Shown one piece after another: positions 53,033 through 64,000 of a DNA stretch of 64,000 bases. Origin of the DNA: Candidatus Latescibacterota bacterium (lineage in GTDB: Bacteria > Latescibacterota > UBA2968 > UBA8231); NCBI GenBank assembly GCA_965219385.1, contig CBDCNM010000002.1:1026639-1090638 (forward strand), written 5' to 3'. Every line of letters starts with the position of its first letter. Within the stretch, counting starts at the first letter, position 1. The translations under genes and the position numbers were made by a program. The notes beneath the pieces were generated by a model. It worked only from the letters and a program-made list of their open reading frames with translations. It was not told the DNA's origin and did no database searches.

Positions 53033-53386
53033 TCAACACTTTGCAGATTGCGCCGGGCCTTCTCCCGGCTCGCCCTCTCGAGATGGGGTTTTGGCCTTGC
53101 GCGTCTCCTCTTCGCGCGCCTTTCTGAGCACGAGAACGATCTCCAGGATCTGAAAAACCACAAACCCTGCTATCAACGCGCCCGCGTAGAATTCTTTGTG
53201 AATGGCAGTGAATTTGAAGAGCGCTACCGAGACGGCGCCCACCAACAAGAGTCGGGTGACCATACTGCCTAAAAAAATCTTTGTGAAGGTTTGAAAGTCC
53301 CTCTCGAATCCCCAGTTGATCATCCACCAGGCACTCACCATATTCAGAGCGGCCACCGCGACTCCAACGCCGATACCTTCCCACAT
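53033..53386 (-). CDS. atpI: ATP synthase accessory membrane protein (AtpI-like)
   Basis: Four hydrophobic segments; lies between the atpZ-like gene and atpB. Confidence 0.65.
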   Translation of the reverse strand: MWEGIGVGVAVAALNMVSAWWMINWGFERDFQTFTKIFLGSMVTRLLLVGAVSVALFKFTAIHKEFYAGALIAGFVVFQILEIVLVLRKAREEETRKAKTPSREGEPGEGPAQSAKC

Positions 53387-53646
53387 CAATCCGCTTCCTC
53401 CTCTTTCCTCTTTTGCCCTTCTGCCATCAAGGTTTTGTAGAGCCTGTAAAAGCCGAGAACGGCACCCACCAAGGTGCCGAGGATCGTGAACAAGGGCGCG
53501 AGAGACCATTTCTGGTCCATCCACCAACCGCCGCACAAAAACAATAGAATAAAGGCGGCGAACTGAACGCCCATGCCGATATAAGGGCCGGCCTCACCAT
53601 AAGACTGTGCGAACTTTCGAGTTTTGGAATCCTCTTCGGGGTTCAT
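53386..53646 (-). CDS. atpZ: AtpZ/AtpI family protein
   Basis: G.W.D......P.FTILG...G...GFY pattern; first gene of the atp operon. Confidence 0.85.
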   Translation of the reverse strand: MNPEEDSKTRKFAQSYGEAGPYIGMGVQFAAFILLFLCGGWWMDQKWSLAPLFTILGTLVGAVLGFYRLYKTLMAEGQKRKEEEAD

Positions 53647-53810
53647 GGAAATCCTCCTGAATTATCGCGCCCACCGTGAGTACAGATTTACAACCACCTC
53701 TCGCAAATGGGTCTGGTCTAAGAAAATAAATTCGCAAAGCGGATATCTCTAAAAATAAAAATCCGGCAAACCATGGATTGGCCGGATGGAAATCGCCGTG
53801 GCCCGATAGT

Positions 53811-54029
53811 TCAGGAATGCCTCAGAACCGTCTCCTTGTCTTCCTCTTCTACCGCCCCGCACTCTCCCGGCTGGAAACCGCACTCGCACAGCGGCCGGCC
53901 GAATTCGTCCTGCATGGTGCTCAACCCGCCGCACGAGCCTTTGAGCCGGCGGTTGCTGAAAATCACCCCGACTGCCATGCCCGCCATGACTACCGCAAAA
54001 ACCACAAAAGCAGGAAGTAACAGGTCCAC
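53811..54029 (-). CDS. nqrM: Na+-NQR maturation factor
   Basis: TM helix, MAVGVI...LKGSCGGL...C.C...C; follows nqrF. Confidence 0.88.
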   Translation of the reverse strand: MDLLLPAFVVFAVVMAGMAVGVIFSNRRLKGSCGGLSTMQDEFGRPLCECGFQPGECGAVEEEDKETVLRHS

Positions 54030-54077
54030 AATACACCTCTCGATCGGTTGTTAATCGTCCATGCGGAGATTTGCTCC

Positions 54078-54143
54078 GCGGCCCCAGAGCGCAGCGAGGA
54101 GGGGCGTGGGTCCCCCACCCCACCTGCTGCGCTCTGGGGCCGC
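54078..54143. repeat. Perfect 18-bp inverted repeat (REP-like hairpin) between nqrF and nqrM
   Basis: gcggccccagagcgcagc (54078-54095) / gctgcgctctggggccgc (54126-54143). Confidence 0.8.
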
Positions 54144-54194
54144 TGGTAGCCCACCGCCCTGCTCAAAGCCCAGATGGGAATTTTCGCATGGACT

Positions 54195-55436
54195 CTAAAA
54201 TTCGTCGAAGCGGATCATTTCTTCTTCGATCCCCAGTTCATCCAGCATGCCAAGGACGGCCTGCAACATCAGGGGCGGACCACACAGGTAGTACTCGATA
54301 TCCTCGGGCGCCGGATGGTCATTCAAATAATTGTCCAGCACCACCTGGTGGATAAAGCCGGTATGGCCCGTCCAGTTGTCCTCGGGCAGGGGCTCGGACA
54401 TGGCCACGTGGAAGGAGAAGTTCGGGAAATCCTTCTCGATGTCCTCGAAATGCTCCTCGTAGAACAACTCTTTGCTCGAACGCGCGCCGTACCAGTAGGA
54501 CACCTTGCGATCTGTCTTCAAGGTGTGGAACAGGTGGAAGATGTGGGAGCGCAAAGGCGCCATGCCCGCACCGCCGCCGATGTAGACCATTTCCCGGTCC
54601 GTTTCCTGGATGAAGAATTCGCCAAAGGGACCGGATATGGTCACCTCGTCGTCGGGCTTGAGGTTGAATGTGTAGGAAGAAGCCAGCCCCGGCATGAGAT
54701 CCGTCCAGCCGCCCTTTTCGCGGTCGGGCGGCGGCGTGGCAATGCGGATGTTCAGCATGACGATATTGCCCTCGGCCGGGTGATTGGCCATGGAATACGC
54801 GCGGAAGACCGACTCCCTGTTGATCGTCTTCAGGTCCCACACCCTGAACCGATCCCAGTCTTCGTGGAATTCCTCCTCGACATCGAACTCGCTGAAACTG
54901 CACTCGAAGGGCGGCACATCAATCTGGATAAATCCTCCGGGTTGGAAATCCAGGATCTCTCCCTCCGGCAGCTTGAGCACCAGTTCCTTGATGAAGGTGG
55001 CCACATTGCGGTTGGAGACCACCTCGCAGTCCCATTTCTGCACCGAGAAAACCTCGGCCGGCACCTCGATCTTCATATCCTGTTTGACATTGACCTGGCA
55101 GGAGAGCCGCATCCCCTCGCGGGCCTCGCGCTTGCTGATGTGATTGAGTTCCGTGGGCAGGATATCCCCCCCCCCTTCGTATACCTGCACCTTGCACTGA
55201 GCGCAGGTGCCGCCGCCGCCGCAGGCCGAAGAGACGAAGATCTTGTTGGAGGCCAGGACATTGAGCAGCTTGCCGCCGGCCGGCACGGAAATGGACCGGT
55301 CGGCGGCGTCGTTGATGAGGATATCGACATGGCCGCTGGCCACCAGTTTGGACCGCGCCAAGAGAATGAGGGTCACCAGCGCCAGTACCACAACCGTGAA
55401 CATGCCCACGCCGGCTGTAATTTGCACAACTTCCAT
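54195..55436 (-). CDS. nqrF: Na+-translocating NADH:quinone reductase subunit F
   Basis: [39 protein letters not shown]. Confidence 0.97.
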   Translation of the reverse strand: MEVVQITAGVGMFTVVVLALVTLILLARSKLVASGHVDILINDAADRSISVPAGGKLLNVLASNKIFVSSACGGGGTCAQCKVQVYEGGGDILPTELNHISKREAREGMRLSCQVNVKQDMKIEVPAEVFSVQKWDCEVVSNRNVATFIKELVLKLPEGEILDFQPGGFIQIDVPPFECSFSEFDVEEEFHEDWDRFRVWDLKTINRESVFRAYSMANHPAEGNIVMLNIRIATPPPDREKGGWTDLMPGLASSYTFNLKPDDEVTISGPFGEFFIQETDREMVYIGGGAGMAPLRSHIFHLFHTLKTDRKVSYWYGARSSKELFYEEHFEDIEKDFPNFSFHVAMSEPLPEDNWTGHTGFIHQVVLDNYLNDHPAPEDIEYYLCGPPLMLQAVLGMLDELGIEEEMIRFDEF

Positions 55437-55459
55437 CAGAACCGCCCCTTTTTTCTTTC

Positions 55460-56071
55460 TTAGAGCTGAATGCCGGAAAACGACATGAAGGCCAGAGACA
55501 TCAGCCCCACAGTGATGAAGGTGATGCCCAGGCCCTGCAACCCGGGCGGCACATCGCTGTACTTCATCTTTTCCCGGACCCCGGCCAGGGCCACGATGGC
55601 CAGGGCCCAGCCCACCCCCGAGCCCACCCCGAAGACCACACTCTCGCCGAAATTGTAGTCCCGCTCCACCATGAAAAGCGAACCGCCCAGGATGGCGCAG
55701 TTTACCGTGATGAGCGGCAGGAAGATCCCGAGGGCATTGTAGAGGGCCGGCACGAATTTGTCCAGGAACATCTCCAGGATCTGCACCATGGCCGCGATCA
55801 TGCCGATGTAGCTGATCAGCCCGACAAAGGTCAGGTCTACCCCTGTCAGTCCGGCCCAGGCCAGGGCATCTTCCTTGAGCAGGTGCTGGTAGATCAGGTT
55901 GTTGGCCGGGACGGTAATGCCCTGCACCACGATCACGGCAAGCCCCAGGCCGGCCGCGGTCTCCACTTTTTTCGATACCGCCAGAAAGGTGCACATGCCC
56001 AGGAAAAAGGCCAGGGCCATGTTCTCTACAAAGACCGCCTTGACGAACAGGCTCAAATGGGCTTCCAGCAT
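55460..56071 (-). CDS. nqrE: Na+-NQR subunit E
   Basis: [30 protein letters not shown]. Confidence 0.97.
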   Translation of the reverse strand: MLEAHLSLFVKAVFVENMALAFFLGMCTFLAVSKKVETAAGLGLAVIVVQGITVPANNLIYQHLLKEDALAWAGLTGVDLTFVGLISYIGMIAAMVQILEMFLDKFVPALYNALGIFLPLITVNCAILGGSLFMVERDYNFGESVVFGVGSGVGWALAIVALAGVREKMKYSDVPPGLQGLGITFITVGLMSLAFMSFSGIQL

Positions 56072-56072
56072 C

Positions 56073-56732
56073 TCAGTGCTCCTCTGTCTCGAAGTCCGAG
56101 GTCCATACGGTCATGTCTTCTTTTGCTTGCTCGGCCTTGAAGCTGCGCAATACCCAGATGAAAACCCCGATGATGAAGAAGGCGCTGGGCGGCAGCAGCA
56201 TCAAGCCATTGGGCGCGTACCAACCGCCTTCCGAGGCCAGGGAAAACACCTGGAACCCGAGCAGGGAGCCGGAGCCGAAAAGCTCTCTGACGATCCCCAC
56301 GACCAGCAGGATGAGGCTGTAGCCCAGGGCATTGCCCAAGCCGTCCAGCAAGCTCTGGCCCACGCTGTTCTTCATGGCGAAGGCCTCGGCCCGTCCCATG
56401 ATGATGCAGTTGGTGATGATCAGCCCGACGAACACGGAAAGCTGCTTGCTGATATCGAAGGCATAGGCCTTGAGAAACTGGTCCACGATGATGACCAGCG
56501 AGGCGATGATGGTCATCTGCACGATGATGCGGATATTGGTGGGAATGTGGTCGCGGATCAGGCTCACCCCCATATTGGAAAAGGCGAGCACGAAAATCAC
56601 CGCCAGGGACATGACGATCGAGGTCTCCAGCTTGCTCGTCACGGCCAGGGCCGAGCAGATCCCCAGAATCTGCAAGGCGATGGGGTTGTTGTTCAGCAGA
56701 GGGCCCAACAGGGTCTCGCGTGCATTGGCCAT
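56073..56732 (-). CDS. nqrD: Na+-NQR subunit D
   Basis: [34 protein letters not shown]. Confidence 0.97.
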   Translation of the reverse strand: MANARETLLGPLLNNNPIALQILGICSALAVTSKLETSIVMSLAVIFVLAFSNMGVSLIRDHIPTNIRIIVQMTIIASLVIIVDQFLKAYAFDISKQLSVFVGLIITNCIIMGRAEAFAMKNSVGQSLLDGLGNALGYSLILLVVGIVRELFGSGSLLGFQVFSLASEGGWYAPNGLMLLPPSAFFIIGVFIWVLRSFKAEQAKEDMTVWTSDFETEEH

Positions 56733-56735
56733 TAT

Positions 56736-57536
56736 TTATCCTCCTCGTTCTTTCAATCGGGCCAGGTAGGCGCCGAATCCTTCTTCGCTCAGCCAGTACC
56801 TCAACATGTCCCTAACCCCGCGCGAGGTGATGGTGGCGCCGGAAAGGCCGTCGACCTGGTACTTGCCCTCGGGCCGGCTCGGATCTGCTTTGCCCTTGAT
56901 CACCTCAATGCGGACAGCGCCCTTCTCGTCAAAGGCCTGCTTACCGTTCCACAGGGACTTCCAGGCGGGATTGTCTACCTCTCCTCCCAGACCCGGGGTT
57001 TCGCCGTGTTCGTAATAAACCAATCCTTTGATGGTGGTCAAGTCCCTGGCATCCAGGGAGATAAATCCATAGAGAGTGGACCACAGGCCAAGCCCGTGCA
57101 CCGGCAGAATGACCTTCTTGATCCGGTCGCCGCTGCGGACCAGGTACACAGAGGCATAGTTGGCCTTTCTTTTGATGCTGCCCAGATCCTTCTCGGGAGC
57201 AACCGCAACGCTCATTGCCGGATCCTTGGCGGCCCGGCGCTGGTCGTAGACCTCGGGAGAATCGATCCCGAGGGCAGTCTGCAAATCGGCTCCCTCCACG
57301 TACTCGCCGGTGGCCATATCAACCACTCTGGCCTCGATGTTTTTGAACAGTTCATCCACATCCCTGCCCTCTTCCAGAAGCCCTGCGGCCATCAGGATAT
57401 TTTTCTTTTTGTCCAGGGCTTTGTTGACGGCCTGGGTCGGACGCAGGAAAACAGCGGCACTGGAAACCAGGACCGAGCACACGACGCAGAGCAGGAAGGC
57501 TACCAGGAAGGTTTTTCCAGCAGTGTCTCTAGGCAC
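56736..57536 (-). CDS. nqrC: Na+-NQR subunit C
   Basis: G.GLWS, HGETPGLG, VDGLSGATIT (FMN-Thr). Confidence 0.97.
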   Translation of the reverse strand: MPRDTAGKTFLVAFLLCVVCSVLVSSAAVFLRPTQAVNKALDKKKNILMAAGLLEEGRDVDELFKNIEARVVDMATGEYVEGADLQTALGIDSPEVYDQRRAAKDPAMSVAVAPEKDLGSIKRKANYASVYLVRSGDRIKKVILPVHGLGLWSTLYGFISLDARDLTTIKGLVYYEHGETPGLGGEVDNPAWKSLWNGKQAFDEKGAVRIEVIKGKADPSRPEGKYQVDGLSGATITSRGVRDMLRYWLSEEGFGAYLARLKERGG

Positions 57537-57551
57537 TTCTCAATCCCTCTT

Positions 57552-58763
57552 CTAGGTTGCCGTTCGCACCAGTCTTCTCTTGATGTTGGCCTGCAAAACG
57601 AAATGATCGATCACCGGGGCAAAGACGTTGCCAAAGAGAATGGCCAGCATGACGCCCTCTGGAAAAGCCGGATTGACCACTCTGATCAAGGTAGTCATAA
57701 CCCCGATGAGCGCCCCGTAGAACCACTTTCCCTTATTGGTCATGGCCGCCGACACCGGATCGGTGGCCATGTAGACTGTGCCAAAGGCGAACCCGCCCAG
57801 GAGCAGATGCCACAGCGGATCCATGCCGAACATCGGGTTGGTGCTGCTGCCGATGGCGTGAAGCAAAGCGGCGCTCCCAAGGGCGGCGATGGTCATGCTC
57901 AGCATGATGCGCCAGGAACCGACCCCGGTCGCGATCAGAATGAAGGCACCGATCAGACAGGCCAGGGTGGAGGTTTCGCCCATGGATCCCGGAATGCTAC
58001 CCAGAAAAGCCTCCATAAGGCCCATCGAGTTGGTGAGGACCTGCATCCCGTCTGCCGCCACCAGCCCCAGAGGAGTAGCATAGGTGAAGCCATCCACGGC
58101 GACCCATACCGCATCTCCGGTTATTTCGGCGGGATAGGCAAAGTAGAGAAAGGCCCGTGCCGTCAACGCCGGATTGAGGAAGTTTTTCCCGGTACCGCCA
58201 AAGACCTCCTTGCCGATGACCACGCCAAAGGCGATCCCCAGGGCCACCTGCCACAGCGGGATGGTGGGCGGCAGGGTGAGGGGAAAGAGCAGGCCCGTGA
58301 CCAGGAACCCCTCGTTGATTTCGTGTTTGCGGATTATGGAAAAGATGGCCTCCAGGGTCCCGCCCACGATCATGCAGACCAGGTAGACCGGCAAAAAATA
58401 AAGGGCGCCGTGGAAGATATTGGCGAAAAAGCTGCTGGGATCGTAGCCGATTTCCAGTATATCGATGACGACGCCGCGCCACCCTTGGGCCGAACTCAGG
58501 CCCAGCTTGGCCATGGCCAGGTTGACCTGGTATCCTGTATTCCACAGGGCCATGAAAATGCAGGGAATCAGCGCCACTACCACGGTGCTCATCATCCGCT
58601 TGAGGTCTATGCCGTCGCGCACGTGGGACGGCCCGTGGGTCACCTCGCCAGGGGTGTACAGAAAGGTATCGGCCGCTTCGTACGCCGGGTACAAGCGCTC
58701 CAGCTTGCCGCCTTTCTTGAAATGAGGTTCTACCTGGTCGAGCAGGTTTCTCAGCAGCTTCAT
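57552..58763 (-). CDS. nqrB: Na+-NQR subunit B
   Basis: [42 protein letters not shown]. Confidence 0.97.
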   Translation of the reverse strand: MKLLRNLLDQVEPHFKKGGKLERLYPAYEAADTFLYTPGEVTHGPSHVRDGIDLKRMMSTVVVALIPCIFMALWNTGYQVNLAMAKLGLSSAQGWRGVVIDILEIGYDPSSFFANIFHGALYFLPVYLVCMIVGGTLEAIFSIIRKHEINEGFLVTGLLFPLTLPPTIPLWQVALGIAFGVVIGKEVFGGTGKNFLNPALTARAFLYFAYPAEITGDAVWVAVDGFTYATPLGLVAADGMQVLTNSMGLMEAFLGSIPGSMGETSTLACLIGAFILIATGVGSWRIMLSMTIAALGSAALLHAIGSSTNPMFGMDPLWHLLLGGFAFGTVYMATDPVSAAMTNKGKWFYGALIGVMTTLIRVVNPAFPEGVMLAILFGNVFAPVIDHFVLQANIKRRLVRTAT

Positions 58764-60118
58764 CAGCCTTCTTTCTCAATCCTTTCGAGGGTGCGCCTCA
58801 AGAGCGGCGCGTACTCGTATTTGCCCGGACAGACAAAAGAGCACAAGCCCAGATCCTCTTCATCCAGTTCCAGACAACCCAGTGCCTGGGCCCGTTCCGT
58901 ATCCCCTATGATCAAGGATCTCAGCAGGAAGGTGGGAATGATGTCCAGGGGCATGACCTGTTCGTAAGAGCCAATGGGGACCATGGCTCTGGGACTGCCT
59001 TCGGTGGAGGTGGTGAATTGAAATTTTTTGCCGGGGGAGAGTTTGGAAGTGAAGATATTTTTGATCGAAAACTTGTCCGCCCCTGGCTTTTGCCAGCCCA
59101 GAAACTCCCGCTCAAGGCCCTCGGCCAGCACGCTTACTTGCAGGTGGTAACGCCCCAAATAATCCATGGGAACGGCAGCGGGCACGCCCGCAAAAACGCC
59201 CCCTGATATGATCCGGTTTTCGCCCTCCTCGAGCTCGCCTGCCACCAGTTCGCCGACACAGGCGCCCAGGCGGGTGCGCAAAAGACGCGGGTTGCGCACT
59301 GGGGGGCCCCCCAGTGCCACGACTCGTTCTACCCACAGCCTGCCGCTGTTGAAGAGCTTGCCGAAGGCGATGAGGTCCTGGTAATTCAGGTGCCATACGG
59401 TTTTGTTGGGGCCGACCGGATCGAGGAAGTGGATGTGGGTACCGGGCAGCCCCGCGGGATGGGGCCCTGCAAACTCGACCGCTTTTGAGACCGAACCATT
59501 TGCCGCGGGTATGCTCGCTCCCCGCGCCTTGCACACGAAGACCTCGCCGTCCGTCAATTTGGCCATGATCGCAAGCCCGCTGGCAAAATCCTGCTCGTGC
59601 CCGGCGGCCACCACCTGGGGATCGGCGGCCAGGGGGCTGGTGTCCATGGCGGTCACAAAGATGGAGTGAGGGACCTGTTCCGGTGGGGCTATCTTGCTGT
59701 AGGGGCGGGTGCGCAGGGCGGTCCACAGGCCGGATTCAACCAGCTTCTCGCGCACCTGCTCGCGCGTCAACTGGTCCGGAGCAATACCGGAATACTGATC
59801 GAATCTTTCTTCTTTATCGCCGAAGAGCTCGACGACCACCGATTGCAGGGCCCGTTTGGCCCCCCGATTGATCTGGACCACTTTGCCGGATCCAGGAGAT
59901 GTGTAGCGCACACCCGGGGTTTTCTTGTCCTCGAAGAGCAACTGTCCAAGCTTGACCGCATCCCCTTCCCGGACGGCCATGGTCGGTCTCATGCCTATAT
60001 AATCCAGACCCAGCACCGCGACCCGGGTGACTGCCGGAGCGTCCTCAACCACCTGCCGGGGCTCGCCGGTAATCGGTAAATCCAGTCCTCTCCTGATTTT
60101 AATCAGATCTTCAGCCAT
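58763..60118 (-). CDS. nqrA: Na+-NQR subunit A
   Basis: [33 protein letters not shown]. Confidence 0.97.
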   Translation of the reverse strand: MAEDLIKIRRGLDLPITGEPRQVVEDAPAVTRVAVLGLDYIGMRPTMAVREGDAVKLGQLLFEDKKTPGVRYTSPGSGKVVQINRGAKRALQSVVVELFGDKEERFDQYSGIAPDQLTREQVREKLVESGLWTALRTRPYSKIAPPEQVPHSIFVTAMDTSPLAADPQVVAAGHEQDFASGLAIMAKLTDGEVFVCKARGASIPAANGSVSKAVEFAGPHPAGLPGTHIHFLDPVGPNKTVWHLNYQDLIAFGKLFNSGRLWVERVVALGGPPVRNPRLLRTRLGACVGELVAGELEEGENRIISGGVFAGVPAAVPMDYLGRYHLQVSVLAEGLEREFLGWQKPGADKFSIKNIFTSKLSPGKKFQFTTSTEGSPRAMVPIGSYEQVMPLDIIPTFLLRSLIIGDTERAQALGCLELDEEDLGLCSFVCPGKYEYAPLLRRTLERIEKEG

Positions 60119-60233
60119 TTATTCGGTACGCATACCTCTCCTGGCGAGCTCGTGAAGGCTCCTGGTCGTCGTGGTGTCTTCCTCAATCGGGACTAATTCA
60201 GGGAAATGAGTGCCTGATGCGGCTCGATTTCGG

Positions 60234-60267
60234 CGTCCAGTAAGTAGATACGTCCAGTAAGTAGATA
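60234..60267. repeat. Perfect 17-bp tandem direct repeat upstream of nqrA
   Basis: cgtccagtaagtagata x2. Confidence 0.85.
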
Positions 60268-60363
60268 TAAGATACCTACCTAGTGAAAAAATTGTCAACG
60301 GTTAAATGCGCTCTCCCGCTTCATCGGGCGCCAGGAAACGATTATTGGCGCGATAAACCTGCA

Positions 60364-61587
60364 CTACAGCACCCCTGCGGGAACAGCCGTTGTGGTGCTC
60401 GTCAGGGGAAGCTGTTGCCTACACAGACACACGACTGCTCCATCGCCTCTGTGCGGCTTGAATTTGCCCAGTAGCTTGAAGTGCTTCACCCAGTCTCGTT
60501 TGGGAGTGGCCCCGAGCTTTACCTCAACAGGGTACAAGGTCTGGTCTTTTACGAACAGAAAGTCTATTTCTTTGCCGTCCTTATCGCGGTAGTAATAGCA
60601 TTGAGGCATCTGGATCCGGTTCCACCAGCTCTTTAATATTTCGCCGAATACATGGGTTTCAAAAATGGCCCCACTCATGGCACCTGAGGCCAAGGTTTGG
60701 TGCGACGACCACTCAGTCAGGTAGGCGCACAACCCGGTATCGAGGAAGTAGAGTTTGGGCGTCTTGACCAGGCGTTTGGTGATATTGCTGTGGTAGGGTT
60801 GCAGGAGGTATACCTGAAAGCTGGCGGTTAGAATGGACAGCCAGTGTTTGGCCGTACTTACCGTTACATCCACATCTCTTGCCAGCTCGGAGAGGTTGAG
60901 CGTTTGCGCTGTTCGAGCAGCGCAAGCTCTCAGGAATCGCAGGAAGGTATCTTGATCGCCTACTTGCGCCAAATCGCGCACATCCCGTTGCAGGTAGGTC
61001 TGGAGATACGAACTATAAAACAGGTCGCGGCTTCTGGCCGGACCTGCGATCAGGGCGGGAAATGATCCTGTCCAGATGTCTTTAAATACAGCATTAAGCG
61101 TGGTTTGCCCTGCGGTATGGAGGCGTTCGTCAATATGGCGGGATGTGGGGAGAAAAGGCGCTAATAAAGATTCCCTTTTGTACCGCTCCCGAGTGGAAAA
61201 CCCGAGCAGATTGATGATGGCGACTCGACCGGCAAGACTCTCCGAAATACCCTTCATCATGTGGAACTGCTGCGAACCAGTCAGCCAGAACGCCCCGGTC
61301 GTACTCGATGAATCCACTTCCATCTTTATATACGAGAGCAGAGCGGGGGCGTACTGGATCTCGTCAATAAGCACGGGAGGCGGAAAGCGCTGGAAGAATA
61401 GGGCGGGATCTTCGCGTGCAAGGCTGCGAATCGTCAGGTCGTCCAGGGTGACGTAATGCCGCTCCTTTTCGCACAGGTGTTGCAGCATCGTGGTCTTGCC
61501 GACCTGGCGTGGACCCGTGATGAGCAAAACGGGAAACTGGCCTGAAGCTCGCCGGACACCGTCTTCGAGAGTGCGGTTGTAATACAT
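60364..61587 (-). CDS. AAA+ ATPase (AAA_14) with DUF4143 domain
   Basis: GPRQVGKTT, IDEIQ, TGSQ, KLYFLDTGL, YYRD..G.EIDF, P+EVK. Confidence 0.92.
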   Translation of the reverse strand: MYYNRTLEDGVRRASGQFPVLLITGPRQVGKTTMLQHLCEKERHYVTLDDLTIRSLAREDPALFFQRFPPPVLIDEIQYAPALLSYIKMEVDSSSTTGAFWLTGSQQFHMMKGISESLAGRVAIINLLGFSTRERYKRESLLAPFLPTSRHIDERLHTAGQTTLNAVFKDIWTGSFPALIAGPARSRDLFYSSYLQTYLQRDVRDLAQVGDQDTFLRFLRACAARTAQTLNLSELARDVDVTVSTAKHWLSILTASFQVYLLQPYHSNITKRLVKTPKLYFLDTGLCAYLTEWSSHQTLASGAMSGAIFETHVFGEILKSWWNRIQMPQCYYYRDKDGKEIDFLFVKDQTLYPVEVKLGATPKRDWVKHFKLLGKFKPHRGDGAVVCLCRQQLPLTSTTTAVPAGVL

Positions 61588-61797
61588 GATTCATTTTCGG
61601 TTAATTTATAGTCAGAATACAAAATAGCCGGAAATCCAGGACTGTCAAGAGCGCAAATAGCAATCGGGCAACAAAGGGATATACCGAAAATTTTATGCCA
61701 AAAGAAAAACATCAGGGGTTTGTCAACTCAATGTTGCCCTTGACTGCCGCGAGAGGAGCATTAATTTTTTTAGCTAACACACGAATCACGAGAGATT

Positions 61798-62781
61798 ATG
61801 AGCGATCTCAATAACGGGACCCGGGAACAGGTCGCGGAAATCTACCACAGCCCGATTCTGGAGTTGATTCATCGCGCCGCGACCGTCCACCGGGCGCACC
61901 ACGACCCCCGCGAAGTACAGGTGTGCACCCTGCTGTCCATCAAAACCGGCGGCTGCGCGGAAAACTGCCGTTACTGTTCCCAGTCGGCCCACTACGACAC
62001 CGGCCTGGAACGCCGCAAACTCCTGGATCTGGACCAGGTCGTCAGCGCGGCCAGAGAGGCCAGGGAGGCCGGCAGCACCCGCTTCTGCATGGGTGCCGCC
62101 TGGAGGCAGGTGCGGGACGATGCCGAGTTTGATCGGGTTGTGGAAATGGTAGAACAGGTCTCCTCCATGGGACTGGAGGTCTGCTGCACCCTCGGCATGC
62201 TCACCCAGGAGCAGGCCATCAGGCTCAAAGAGGCCGGCCTCCACGCCTACAACCACAACCTGGATACCGGGGAAAACTACTATCCCAACGTGGTCACGAC
62301 CCGCACCTACGCAGACCGGCTCCAGACCCTTGAAAACGTCGCCCGGGCCGGGATTTCCCTTTGTTGCGGCGGCATCCTGGGCATGGGCGAGAGCCACGAC
62401 GACCGCATCGATCTCCTGCACACCCTGGCCACCCTGCAACCCCCACCCGAATCCGTCCCGATCAACGCCCTGGTGCCGATTCCCGGCACCCCGCTGGAGG
62501 ATCGCTCCCCCACCCCGGTGTGGGATATGGTGCGCATGATCGCCACGGCCCGCATCCTCATACCCACGGCCATGGTGCGGCTCTCCGCCGGCAGGGACCG
62601 ACTCTCCCCCGAAGATCAGGCCCTGTGTTTCCTGGCCGGGGCCAACTCCATCTTCTCGGGCGACAAGCTCCTGACCACGCCCCATCCGGGCGCGGCAAAG
62701 GACGCTCTTCTGCTCGAAATGCTGGGTCTCAAACCCCGCGCGCCCTACAAGGAAGCCACCACTTCCCGAATGCTGTCGTAG
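61798..62781 (+). CDS. bioB: Biotin synthase
   Basis: [11 protein letters not shown] radical-SAM motif, YNHNLDT, ESVPIN, GANSIF.GDKLLTT. Confidence 0.97.
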   Translation: MSDLNNGTREQVAEIYHSPILELIHRAATVHRAHHDPREVQVCTLLSIKTGGCAENCRYCSQSAHYDTGLERRKLLDLDQVVSAAREAREAGSTRFCMGAAWRQVRDDAEFDRVVEMVEQVSSMGLEVCCTLGMLTQEQAIRLKEAGLHAYNHNLDTGENYYPNVVTTRTYADRLQTLENVARAGISLCCGGILGMGESHDDRIDLLHTLATLQPPPESVPINALVPIPGTPLEDRSPTPVWDMVRMIATARILIPTAMVRLSAGRDRLSPEDQALCFLAGANSIFSGDKLLTTPHPGAAKDALLLEMLGLKPRAPYKEATTSRMLS

Positions 62782-64000
62782 ACCGCATCAAGCTGGTCGC
62801 GCTCCATACAATAAGGGGGCAGGATATAGATCACATTCCCCAGGGGTCGCAGCAAAAAACCTCTTTCCAGAAACCGTTCCCTGAGCAACGCCCCCACCTG
62901 GTTCAAATACCCTTCCTCGTCTTCGACCACCACATCCATTGCCGCGATGCTGCCGCAGACCCGCAAACGGTGCAGGCGAGGATTTTCCGCCAGTTTTGCC
63001 AGGCCCTGGCCGTGCCAGTCTTCCATGCGGTAAAACCGCTCTTCTGTCTTTTCCAGCAAGTCCATGGACGCCAGGGCCGCGGCGCAGCCCAGGGGATTGG
63101 CGGTGTAGGAGTGTCCGTGGTACAGAGTCTTGCGCGGATCCTCGCTGTAAAAGGCGTCGTATATCCGCTCCGTGCACACCGTCGCAGCCAGGGGCGTGAA
63201 CCCTCCGGTGAGGCCCTTGGCCAGGCAGATCAGGTCGGGCCTCGTCCCTGCCTTGCCGCAGGCGAACCAAGCCCCGGTGCGGCCGAAACCCACCATCACC
63301 TCGTCGTAGATCACCAGAATGCCGTAGCGGCGCAGCACGTCTTCGAGTCGGCGCAAAAACCCGGCGCGGCACATGCGCATCCCGGCGGCGCCCTGGACCA
63401 GCGGTTCCAGGATCATGGCCGCGTAGCCCTGAGGGTTTTGCTCCAGCAGGTCTTCCAACCGCTGCAGGGCCAGGGCCTCCTGTTTCTCTATCCTTGCGTC
63501 TCCCGCATACGTCGCCGGGAAGGGGACGGAATCTACCTCGAAAAGCATTTCCCGGAACGCCTCCGCAAACATCGACCGCGCGCCAACCGACATGGCGCCC
63601 AGGGTGTCCCCGTGGTAGGCCCCGGCGAAACAAAGGAAGCGGGTGCGCTCCTGAACTCCCTGGTTTTTCCAGTACTGGAACGCCATTTTCAGGGCCACCT
63701 CCACGGCGGTGGAGCCATTGTCCGAATAGAAAACCCGGCTCAAAGGTTGCGGCAGTTTCTCCACCAGGCGCCGGGCCAGCTCCTCGGCGGGCCGGTGGGT
63801 AAAACCGGCGGCGATGACCTGTTCCAGCTCCTGGGCCTGCTCGTAGATGGCCCGGGCTATCTCCGGCTGCGCATGGCCGTGCAGGGTCACCCACCAGCTT
63901 GAGATACAATCCACCACCCGGCGGCCGTCCTCCAGTTCCAGCACGGCGCCTTTGCCGGTGCGCACCAACAGGGGTTCGGGAGCGGTCTTCATCTGGGTGT
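62745..64000 (-). CDS. bioA: Adenosylmethionine-8-amino-7-oxononanoate aminotransferase (5' end outside window)
   Basis: YTQMK at the window edge, [49 protein letters not shown]. Confidence 0.96.
   Translation of the reverse strand, partial: TQMKTAPEPLLVRTGKGAVLELEDGRRVVDCISSWWVTLHGHAQPEIARAIYEQAQELEQVIAAGFTHRPAEELARRLVEKLPQPLSRVFYSDNGSTAVEVALKMAFQYWKNQGVQERTRFLCFAGAYHGDTLGAMSVGARSMFAEAFREMLFEVDSVPFPATYAGDARIEKQEALALQRLEDLLEQNPQGYAAMILEPLVQGAAGMRMCRAGFLRRLEDVLRRYGILVIYDEVMVGFGRTGAWFACGKAGTRPDLICLAKGLTGGFTPLAATVCTERIYDAFYSEDPRKTLYHGHSYTANPLGCAAALASMDLLEKTEERFYRMEDWHGQGLAKLAENPRLHRLRVCGSIAAMDVVVEDEEGYLNQVGALLRERFLERGFLLRPLGNVIYILPPYCMERDQLDAVYDSIREVVASL

Noticed and set aside
55899..58967. 1022-aa plus-strand ORF
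   Set aside because: Antisense shadow of nqrB-E in GC-rich DNA; no motifs.
61720..61746. BirA operator upstream of bioB (tgtcaac...cttgact)
   Set aside because: The half-sites are imperfect and spaced more closely than in known BirA operators; the TTGACT may simply be a -35 box.
62745..62781. Convergent 37-nt overlap of bioB and bioA as a regulatory feature
   Set aside because: Short 3' overlaps of convergent genes are common; nothing else supports a function.

Overview
Bacterial chromosome segment in two parts. (1) Positions 1-~21,150 are a decaying accessory island built from four paralogous copies of an apparently undescribed cassette. Each copy has a ~390-400 aa unknown protein ('X', with motifs resembling a clan GH-A TIM-barrel glycosidase), followed by a secreted FGE-sulfatase/CLec-fold protein and/or an ankyrin-repeat lipoprotein. 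Two copies also carry a conserved hairpin spacer and a SpoIVB-type S55 peptidase lipoprotein. The copies share promoter/leader and spacer DNA, differ by near gene-precise deletions, and are interspersed with IS1595, IS4, IS5, IS3 and IS630 elements, a TolB-FGE fusion, an M8-like peptidase pseudogene, a truncated Panacea antitoxin and small coiled-coil proteins. (2) Positions ~21,300-64,000 are mostly housekeeping: DUF1684, rpoZ-like, GHMP kinase, NYN RNase, fabI, a triple-RidA protein, birA, ComDE-like decarboxylase, LarA-like protein, rpoN, lptB/lptCA, pyrG, gatC, smc, an ECF sigma factor with tandem sigma54 promoter motifs, polyprenyl synthase, the atp operon, nqrABCDEFM, an AAA+/DUF4143 ATPase, bioB and bioA. 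The C-terminal WGx(I/V)K tails, ankyrin lipoproteins and gene content suggest a Latescibacterota/Poribacteria-like, possibly host-associated diderm (inference only). No rRNA, tRNA, CRISPR array or reverse transcriptase was recognised. All calls were made by eye from motifs; no database searches were run.
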